Shown in pieces: positions 57,801 through 64,000 of a stretch of 64,000 nt of DNA. The stretch lies in NCBI GenBank assembly GCA_000002435.2, contig CM018789.1; one strand, given 5' to 3'. Each line of letters starts with the position of its first letter. The first letter of the stretch is position 1. The DNA comes from Giardia intestinalis. Its lineage: Eukaryota. The notes beneath the pieces were generated by a model, which saw only the letters and a program-made list of their open reading frames with translations, searched no databases and had not been told where the DNA came from. Both the position numbers and the translations under genes were made by a program.

Positions 57801-58138
57801 CCTACATTTAGCAGATCCTTTGTGCCTTCGTCTAGAGTAATGTCAAAGACCACGTTCCTAAGTGTTCCATGCACCTCAGTGAAGAGACCCACATTTGTTC
57901 CCAGATTCTGGAACCCTTTAACGGATATCTTGTGTGACTGGCCTATTATGATCCCGTAGAAAGGCGGTAAAGGGGTTAATGGTCCCTGTATATCGATATC
58001 ATTCAACAGCACAAAGAACCCTCGAGGACACTCGCGAATCAGTTCAATATCTGCAGCAGTCCTTAGCTCCAAGCGAAGATTACAGTTCGTAGCTGTACAA
58101 AGGGCGCCGGCAAACAGCAACGGCAGAAAGAGCCCCAT
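54893..58138 (-). CDS. High-cysteine membrane protein (HCMP): signal peptide, large CXXC-rich ectodomain, one TM helix, short acidic tail (about 1081 aa)
   Basis: The ORF track starts at a GTG (58237). The first ATG is at 58138 and gives the signal peptide MGLFLPLLFAGALCTA. More than 40 CxxC or CxC motifs cluster in the C-terminal half. TM helix IAIGVSAGLVALIVSMTIIAIVCV with a KKRRSAQKSEEDD... tail and no CRGKA. That pattern is HCMP rather than VSP. Confidence 0.85.
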   Translation of the reverse strand: MGLFLPLLFAGALCTATNCNLRLELRTAADIELIRECPRGFFVLLNDIDIQGPLTPLPPFYGIIIGQSHKISVKGFQNLGTNVGLFTEVHGTLRNVVFDITLDEGTKDLLNVGLLAGILNSTSLYKVTINGSLLLTKPMNSDSEALAVGGLAGRSYITPSNVAVNATIRYSGLRKAILGGVIGNIAKPGLNVDASIISGLSFNGSIECRNSICILGGVAGECGRSLLNCSANFSRVYVRSEWLSPCVYGGLVGIHYASVGSSTVTANIVELTNLGTYSYIGGFLGNLQSDCIHCVVIDKCVANYYSFSVGTDIMYIGGFAANLAGVLVRHSVVNITTGLFSGIVGGFVSTASVTTVEQCAVVMENLTQSYIESSGSGGFVAIANSDTSIADSYVRINYYTFNTPLYLFGGFVGTSVDSIIANCFAWFKIVTMQVSPTSSITIGGFCGQLYSRTNNSLIDNSFVFVRSFLYNFRTSHNLTFGSFLGAVNGPSGAVTGNVHYLKSLWWFMNVSIACSTWNDTAAIRYGGFAAAITDNVLISDCAGTVNFTGSCSGFKADYGLASFVYFGHMNGLSAARVLLNVTFTYTEPGYKPYSIKAFGPGLNASHCTKCENILVAANPGIDETDLFSIVPEFLTLSTTYLARGWWLNENSGWNFFNTALPILTTLPYAVVITDKVIDLIAVSCSAPLCWDYNTTWVVGRNTGMIDLQFFINECSVGLCASCLEASDKRCIACSSGALDNSYSVCTPCKSGCMACPTLSSICEVCSDASYVTTTSGVCIKFRACSIEQCTHCYEGANKKLLCLRCTNGYWLNKAFNRCDACPSNCFECSSSTQCLRCKNIRSPPLSGYCDYSTLCIDNTNCQFCQASDPFYCVSCNKWNMRPNSDGVCVVSNQTYCTLSNCVVCEAGNSNRCSVCGLNTYLSFFEGTCQQCPSECKTCTPVLCTSCIDTQKRPVMGTCMYSTKCTTPYCLYCSTNNPDQCLLCYKGYSLMVPGNICTKNEVRLNTTPIAIGVSAGLVALIVSMTIIAIVCVKKRRSAQKSEEDDTSLVTQEDTDTSLSFINVLNNASHTFTFASTKQSSKE

Positions 58139-58233
58139 TTTGATTGCATAAAAGATGATTGCATAAAGGATTAAGAAAAGATATAAATTCGGCTTAAATA
58201 GAGGGGGGATACGGTTGGTGTCGGAAACCGTGT

Positions 58234-61200
58234 TCACTTAGGAGTGGTGTAGGGCAAGGCAGAACCAGGCGTGCCACAAAAGAACCTCTCTATATGCTTT
58301 TGAATGCTCTGCGGAGAAATTCTGTTATGGGTTTTGAACGCAGAGGCAGTGATTGGAGAGAATTGGCACACGTTGTAGTACTGTTGGACAACGACTAGCA
58401 CATTGTTAAGTACGTAGTCTTGGATTTTTCTTTGAAGAGACGCGGAGGGCACAGTGGCTGTGACATGAGCATCCAAAAGAGGGAGAATCAGACCCTCAAA
58501 TTTTGGTAGGCAAGATGTTAGTGTGGCAGTGATCCTTCTGCTCTTGATGGATGCGTGAGACGCTGGCCTTTGAGTCCCTCCAAGGGTCTCCGTGTCATCT
58601 TGGACTTCAGACGCTGTCCAGGACTCTGGCACACATTCCGTCCCTTCTATGCGAGCAGAGACTTCTCGAGCCTGGTCGAGCACCACTGAGAGCTCACTCA
58701 TTACGACCTTGGTAATTACATGACTATTTCGTTCGTGCCACTTGTCATAGACATGTTGCAAATCACTTATAAGGCGGCGCAGATCAAGCGCAACAAGAGC
58801 TGGCTTCCATATCATTTCATAGTACTTGGCAACTAAATTATCTACTTGCTTGCGTATAAATCTCGAATACTCGTGTGAAACAAGGCTACGCAAGGGTCCG
58901 TTGTCGGAACTGACAGCTTCAGAAAGGTAGTTCAGGTTGTTGAGCTTAAATAGGTAGCTGTTCACCAGGCCCTTGGGTGGTTGAGTGCGGTACAAAAGAA
59001 TGCACGACAAATAGTAGAGCTTCTGTTCGAGAACGGCCGTCTTCAGACTCTCAGACCCTGAGGGGAAGAGGTAGTCCTGGAGAACAAATTCTGCCCCACT
59101 GTCCACGAATGTGGTGGCTGAAAAGCCTGTAGAAGTGCAGACCTGATTGACATTGCCATTATGCGGGGCAGTATCCTCTATGGATGCATTGGCAAGGAGT
59201 GCAGGAGAGAGCGCCTGAGCCACTTTCACGATATCTGAGCAAAGAGAGATGCTCTTCGAGTAGAGACCCTGCTGATTGAGCCAAAGAATGATATTTGGTA
59301 ATTCTGAGATTATATTAATGCTGTCTGTACGTGTTGGAATGACGAAGAGCGTTTCTTCAAAGGCAGTAAGCACCTCCTTACTCTTGAGAGCGACACAGAT
59401 CACTAACAGTAGAAAGTCATGTCTGAGGCTATCAAATGTAGAGAGATTAAGGTCTGACTTAGTGTATTGATAGTATAGGAGCTGGTCTAAGAAGTTTCGC
59501 TGATTGAGACTACAAGATACGACGCTACTAGAGAGAGGACCAAGCATGTCAATGATGGCTGTGTAGAGCTTTGGCAAAGACGTGAAGAGATCCCCATGAA
59601 CTATGTTGTTGATGGCATCGAATGGAATGTTCCACGTGAACTTACTAGCAGTAGAACTGTCGGTGTCCACAGTGCCCTGGGAAGTCATCAAGAGAGTACC
59701 ATTCATTCCCATGCCGTTTATAAATGAGCTCTCACTGTCGTAAACAGTGGTCTCCTTCCCTATAGCCTGAGCAACAAGCTTGCTCGGCGCGTCAGTCATC
59801 GGCAAGCCACCAAGAGAAAAGCTGAGTATTTCCGTGTAGTTAGTCAAGAAAACAATAGGTATCATGGCGTGTAATACTTGTAGTATATCAAGAGTCTCGA
59901 AGGTTAAGCGCTTAGTGTCAATGTTAGAAATCAGCCCAAGACACACTTGGCAGACATATTGAAGAACTGGCGTGGCAATATACGAATAGCAGACGTCCAT
60001 TAGCCTACATGCGCTTTCTACTAGAGGCTTGCTATCGGCTATTAGCCCTGAGCTAAAGGGTGTCGCGTCACCGCAGTAGTGGGAAAGCATCAAGTTAATG
60101 AACATGACAAGCTGTTCACGCTCGTCCAAAAGCATAGACAAGACGTACACAAAATAGTAGTAAAATGGATGTGATTCCTGCTTATAAAGAGCAGGCGGTG
60201 GTGATGAAGCAGGCCCGTCTTCGATGGCCTTGATGTAGTCTGACCTGTTGAAAGAGGCCACACCCTCTTTGAGCTTTGCTCGGTGTAAGTGTGCAAGTAG
60301 GCGCAACGGCACAGAGAGTTGTGTGTCCCCACGGATTGGTGAGTCATGAATAGGTGGGATGGGCTGAGTATCGTTGAATAATAGATAGTCCTTTAGATCC
60401 CTGCTGTTCTTAATTTTCAAGGTATCAGGAAGCTTCTTCAAGAAGTCAAGGATTGCTATCAGAAGGGTCTCAGTCCTCAGTTTAGAAGTATCCATGGCGG
60501 GTACACCTTTTAGTTTGGAGTAGGCTCTTGACTTGAGAACTCCGTAAGATGATACGATACTAGAGCACACACGTAGTAGAAAGTCTATGCGCTGATTCAT
60601 GAACTCTAAAAAGGCGTCCTTGAAGGTGCCAGGAGATGCCGGAGATGCTATAAGGGCATCAAACAGAGCTAGAAACGAGGAATTTAGTGCTGAAGGTCGT
60701 CCATTGTCATAAATGGTGTTTGCAACTTGAGCACTGGGAGAGGCGTCCAGGGATGCTGCAAGGGTTATATGCTTCAGGAGATAATAGAGAGGCGTGTTTG
60801 GAAGAAGCCGCTCGACAAAGTCGGCAAACATCTGCACATGGAATCGCAATAACGAGTGGAGTTCTAGGGCTACCTTACCAGCTCCTTGTGTTACAAGAGA
60901 AGTTGTCCGCGAAAGGCCTGAATTTGAAAGCAAAACACCGCTTGCTGATCCTTCGACGAACACTAGTATATCTCGGCGCTGAATATAGAACCGGTGTGTC
61001 TTTGTGGCTATTAGTCGTTTAATAGCAAATAGACTCTGGTCGATACCTTGCTGGATCTCTCCCAGCAGCTCTGTGCTGCAGTCTGCAAAAGTCTCATGAA
61101 TAAATTTCCTCCCCTTCAGCATGGCTGCAATATTCTGGCCAAGGTTGGACTGGTCCACCTCTGTGGGATTCTGACTCTGCGAAATAGTTGCAATGAAGTT

Positions 61201-61443
61201 CAGCGCTTTGCGTATCTCTGCGACGCATGCATTATATGCCTTTGCTTCTTTTTCCAACGCAAGGATGTTAAGCACTTCGTGGCCTGCAGAGTGCGCTGGG
61301 TCCTGGTCTGCTCCGGGTGGATCTAAAATGTCCAACTGACTTTCTAATTTGGAAGCAATATCCAGCATTGATGAGAACAGCCCACGCTGTTGTTCAATGG
61401 TCGCAGTTATCCAGGACAGGAGGCCTGGAAGACTAGTACTCAT
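58234..61443 (-). CDS. Hypothetical protein (1069 aa), probably alpha-helical-repeat
   Basis: ATG start. Long ORF with coding codon bias. No catalytic motif recognised. Confidence 0.7.
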   Translation of the reverse strand: MSTSLPGLLSWITATIEQQRGLFSSMLDIASKLESQLDILDPPGADQDPAHSAGHEVLNILALEKEAKAYNACVAEIRKALNFIATISQSQNPTEVDQSNLGQNIAAMLKGRKFIHETFADCSTELLGEIQQGIDQSLFAIKRLIATKTHRFYIQRRDILVFVEGSASGVLLSNSGLSRTTSLVTQGAGKVALELHSLLRFHVQMFADFVERLLPNTPLYYLLKHITLAASLDASPSAQVANTIYDNGRPSALNSSFLALFDALIASPASPGTFKDAFLEFMNQRIDFLLRVCSSIVSSYGVLKSRAYSKLKGVPAMDTSKLRTETLLIAILDFLKKLPDTLKIKNSRDLKDYLLFNDTQPIPPIHDSPIRGDTQLSVPLRLLAHLHRAKLKEGVASFNRSDYIKAIEDGPASSPPPALYKQESHPFYYYFVYVLSMLLDEREQLVMFINLMLSHYCGDATPFSSGLIADSKPLVESACRLMDVCYSYIATPVLQYVCQVCLGLISNIDTKRLTFETLDILQVLHAMIPIVFLTNYTEILSFSLGGLPMTDAPSKLVAQAIGKETTVYDSESSFINGMGMNGTLLMTSQGTVDTDSSTASKFTWNIPFDAINNIVHGDLFTSLPKLYTAIIDMLGPLSSSVVSCSLNQRNFLDQLLYYQYTKSDLNLSTFDSLRHDFLLLVICVALKSKEVLTAFEETLFVIPTRTDSINIISELPNIILWLNQQGLYSKSISLCSDIVKVAQALSPALLANASIEDTAPHNGNVNQVCTSTGFSATTFVDSGAEFVLQDYLFPSGSESLKTAVLEQKLYYLSCILLYRTQPPKGLVNSYLFKLNNLNYLSEAVSSDNGPLRSLVSHEYSRFIRKQVDNLVAKYYEMIWKPALVALDLRRLISDLQHVYDKWHERNSHVITKVVMSELSVVLDQAREVSARIEGTECVPESWTASEVQDDTETLGGTQRPASHASIKSRRITATLTSCLPKFEGLILPLLDAHVTATVPSASLQRKIQDYVLNNVLVVVQQYYNVCQFSPITASAFKTHNRISPQSIQKHIERFFCGTPGSALPYTTPK

Positions 61444-61468
61444 TTTTTGGAAATGACATTCACTTGCG

Positions 61469-64000
61469 TTACGTTCTGAGCATCTTGATGGCTGCTAAAA
61501 TATTATCTATGCCTTCGCGCACTTCTTTGCCGTCCTTGACATCTCTAAGCAACTTCTCACATTCAGATAGGGCAAACCGTTCGTGTCTTGTCGCTAAAGC
61601 CTTGGCGCAATACTCCCCAATCTCATCAAACGGAACGACAACCTGCTCTGTCGTCGATAGATTCTTCACGTTAATGACTCGATTCTCTATCTCATCGCCG
61701 CCGATAATAAGGGCGAGGAGAGCATGGCCTGCCACGCCTTCATCAATGTCCTTTTTCAGTAGCTTCTGGCTGCACCCTTCTTTACAACTCATGCCCACAG
61801 AGATGCCTAGTCCCCAAAGGATTCCTGCCACTTCTAGGCGGGCCTCTATGGTGCACCCCGGTGCTCCACAAATATAAACATCATATCGCTTGGCAGACGC
61901 CAACTTGCATGAGGAACCACCGTCCTCAACGTCCCCAGTCGCTAGGCCATCAAGTGATGCTTGCCGTGCTTCCAGAATGGCAAATATGCGTTCTATCCCT
62001 ATGCTTCCCCCGACTGCGCAAAGCTCGTCTCCCCGTGCTCTAAACTTACCTAGCAGCTCATCATAACGTCCCCCTCCTGCTATCGATCCTGTGCGCTCTC
62101 CGTGGTCAGAGATCAGCTTTGCTTCGAAAACCATTCCGGTGTAGTAGTCAAGTCCTCGCGCTAACGAGAAGTCCAGCACCATATACTCTAGTGACTGCGG
62201 ACACATGAGTGAGGCATATCTAAAAAGAAGACCTAGTTGCTCAAGCCTTGGGCTGATCGCGTCGATGAATTGAGAGGAGAGCGTGCTGTCCAAAGAAATA
62301 GATGCATGCAGCTCCTTAAGAGCCGCGATCGCAGTGGACACGAAGTCAAAGGGAGAGTTGGCAAACATGTGCGGGGATGTAGGAAGCTTAAAGTCAATTA
62401 AAGCTAAAACCGTGTCGGCCACAACAGGAGTGAGCCCCTTGGACTTCACGATCTTATCCCTTACTTCCTCCTTGGAGTGCTTATCCAGCTGGTCGATACA
62501 GCTGCACACCGCCTTTTTCTGCTCATCTGAAACACCTGCCACTGCCATCGCTGAGTCGAGTATGCCGCGGTGATTTATCAATATTTCGAAGTTACGGATG
62601 CTCTTCCTTAGAGCATGCAGAATCTCAAATACAATAACTACGACCTCAGCGTCAGCAGCCATCGGTGCCTGCGTGTTGGGCTCATAGACAATATCCAGAT
62701 CGCATTGATAAAACTCACGAAAACGCCCCTTTTCCATAACAGGCTTGTCTCGTCTGTAAACGCGCCCGATGGAATAGCGCTTAATCGACTTCTCCCTGTG
62801 TGTGGCACAATAGCGCGCAAACGGGACCGTTAAATCATACCGAAGAGATAGAGGTTCCTCCCCATAATCAGAGACATTGTAAATCAGCTTCTGCTCTTCG
62901 CCATACTTGCCCATCAGCACAGACCGCGATTCCATGACTGGGGTCTCTATGCAGACGGCGCCATGTTGTTGAAATACGCTCGTTATCAGTGAAAGAGCAG
63001 CTTGCCTAAGCACCATCTGTCCAGGGAGCAAGTCACGCATACCGCACGGAGGCTGGGGGATGCGAGCGTTAGAAATAGCAAGGAAGAGGTGGTCAGTCAT
63101 GGCACGCACGATCCTCGAGATACACCAAAACTGGTGCGCACCGGATGCGGACTGACATTCTCTAAAAAGATCACCATAGGTATCCATAGCTATCAGTACC
63201 CCCTGGCCCACTTGTATCTTCCCCTTGGAAAGTCCTGCTTGAGCAATAGATAGCTTGGTAAAGGCAGACAGCAACTCTGTAGAAAGGTCCTTGAGAACAC
63301 CACATAGCTGCACAGGGAGTAGCAGCGCGTGCAAAACCGGCACTGGCTCCTTCTTTAGTGCGTCTAGCATCTCGCTTTCCGCAACCCCGTATGCATCGTC
63401 CGAGGGTGCTTTCCAAATCCCCTTTTCTACCACGACAGCATCGACCAAGTGGCGGCGTGCAATCGACAGTGAACGGATAGTCGCTATCTTCAACTGTACG
63501 CCGTGTAGGAGAGAAAGTGTTGTTACATCAGTCAAAGGCCTTGTATCGAGACTAGTGTATGCTGCCGAAGCCGTATCCGGTCGCACGGCGGTTCGCAACT
63601 CCGTGGCCAGCTCACGTATCTCCCCAGCCAATGATAGCGACTGTGAGCAGAACAAATTACTCCCTTTCTGAGTTACCTTTTTAGAGCCAGATATAAGACT
63701 CATCACGTTTGACATGGCTGCCTTCATCCCAGAGTGCTTTCGCTGAACGGTATAATTGACGAAGTCAAATAACTCTCTAACCCTTGCACACATAAGTTCG
63801 AAAGAAAAGGAAAGAGCAGCCTCATGGAGCGTGGCTACAAAGGACAGGAGAATGGACGACGCAAATGACACGGACAGGGTAAAGGCATGAGCATTTAGCT
63901 TGAAAATGTTAATATCTTCGTCCGATAGCTCGATGTAGAAAGGGTTATCTGGGCCCTCGGTGAGAATAGAGAGCAGCTGATCCAGCAAGTCTTTTTCAAG
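61469..64000 (-). CDS. HARS: Histidyl-tRNA synthetase (class II) with an unusually long N-terminal extension (more than 310 aa). Partial: the ORF is open to the right-hand window edge
   Basis: HisRS core from about residue 317: MRDLLPGQMVLRQ...GAVCIETPVME, motif 2 region RYDLTVPFARYCA, HisA box RVYRRDKPVMEKGRFREFYQCDLDIV, and motif 3 GGGRYDELL...AVGGSIGIERIF, plus a C-terminal anticodon-binding domain. The upstream 310+ aa are in the same frame with no stop. The ORF track's start is a TTG, and the frame continues to the window edge. Confidence 0.85.
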   Translation of the reverse strand, partial: LEKDLLDQLLSILTEGPDNPFYIELSDEDINIFKLNAHAFTLSVSFASSILLSFVATLHEAALSFSFELMCARVRELFDFVNYTVQRKHSGMKAAMSNVMSLISGSKKVTQKGSNLFCSQSLSLAGEIRELATELRTAVRPDTASAAYTSLDTRPLTDVTTLSLLHGVQLKIATIRSLSIARRHLVDAVVVEKGIWKAPSDDAYGVAESEMLDALKKEPVPVLHALLLPVQLCGVLKDLSTELLSAFTKLSIAQAGLSKGKIQVGQGVLIAMDTYGDLFRECQSASGAHQFWCISRIVRAMTDHLFLAISNARIPQPPCGMRDLLPGQMVLRQAALSLITSVFQQHGAVCIETPVMESRSVLMGKYGEEQKLIYNVSDYGEEPLSLRYDLTVPFARYCATHREKSIKRYSIGRVYRRDKPVMEKGRFREFYQCDLDIVYEPNTQAPMAADAEVVVIVFEILHALRKSIRNFEILINHRGILDSAMAVAGVSDEQKKAVCSCIDQLDKHSKEEVRDKIVKSKGLTPVVADTVLALIDFKLPTSPHMFANSPFDFVSTAIAALKELHASISLDSTLSSQFIDAISPRLEQLGLLFRYASLMCPQSLEYMVLDFSLARGLDYYTGMVFEAKLISDHGERTGSIAGGGRYDELLGKFRARGDELCAVGGSIGIERIFAILEARQASLDGLATGDVEDGGSSCKLASAKRYDVYICGAPGCTIEARLEVAGILWGLGISVGMSCKEGCSQKLLKKDIDEGVAGHALLALIIGGDEIENRVINVKNLSTTEQVVVPFDEIGEYCAKALATRHERFALSECEKLLRDVKDGKEVREGIDNILAAIKMLRT

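Noticed and set aside
58139-58237. ORF-track N-terminal extension of the HCMP, starting at 58237
   Set aside because: That start is a GTG. In a eukaryote the first ATG (58138) is used, and it gives a textbook signal peptide.
63040-63042. Internal ATG as an independent start for HisRS (which would make the upstream 310 aa a separate gene)
   Set aside because: There is no in-frame stop between the two parts. The upstream context is GC-rich and not initiator-like, and the frame continues to the window edge. A single fused ORF is more parsimonious, and I flagged it as a finding instead.
1-64000. Prokaryotic interpretation (operons, a defence island, CRISPR, or a novel bacterial 'system')
   Set aside because: The gene content (eIF4A, SRP54, SBDS, HECT, SP-RING, cyclin, VSP with CRGKA tail), the polyA signals and the ATG-initiator architecture are eukaryotic and Giardia-specific. 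I saw no Shine-Dalgarno-coupled gene arrays, no CRISPR repeats and no tRNA/rRNA genes.

Overview
This window looks eukaryotic, not prokaryotic, and the best match is a chromosomal segment of Giardia intestinalis (G. lamblia). Evidence for Giardia (all read from the sequence): an intact variant-specific surface protein (VSP) gene whose product ends in the family-defining ...CRGKA tail; a high-cysteine membrane protein (HCMP); a NEK-type kinase fused to Giardia-style ankyrin repeats; a Protein 21.1-type ankyrin protein; AT-rich initiator elements directly upstream of ATG codons; AGTAAAC/AGTAAAT polyadenylation signals overlapping or within about 7 nt of stop codons; intron-less, head-to-tail packed genes with 12-100 bp spacers; and about 49% GC. 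I call about 33 protein-coding genes. Those with recognisable products are eIF4A (partial), SRP54, an SBDS homologue, histidyl-tRNA synthetase (partial, with a long N-terminal extension), a HECT E3 ligase, a PIAS-like SP-RING protein, a PHO80-like cyclin, a tandem CCCH zinc-finger protein, a class-3-lipase-like protein, a BPI/LBP-like secreted protein (tentative), a VSP, an HCMP, a NEK pseudokinase, an ankyrin protein, and several very large coiled-coil or orphan proteins. The supplied ORF track uses bacterial start codons (GTG/TTG), so I re-trimmed several starts to the first in-frame ATG. I find no prokaryotic defence island, operon or CRISPR array. The most unusual structure is a large inverted repeat (29030-29650 and 31010-31650) with a 242-bp perfectly identical core. 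It encloses a C+A-rich, ORF-free 1.36-kb spacer and sits directly against the 3' end of the intact VSP gene. A second anomalous stretch (20.3-23.95 kb) holds a truncated, stop-containing VSP pseudogene, GC-rich ORF-less blocks, and a short reverse-transcriptase (YxDD) remnant that suggests a dead non-LTR retroelement. All product calls rest on motif recognition by eye, and no database search was possible.
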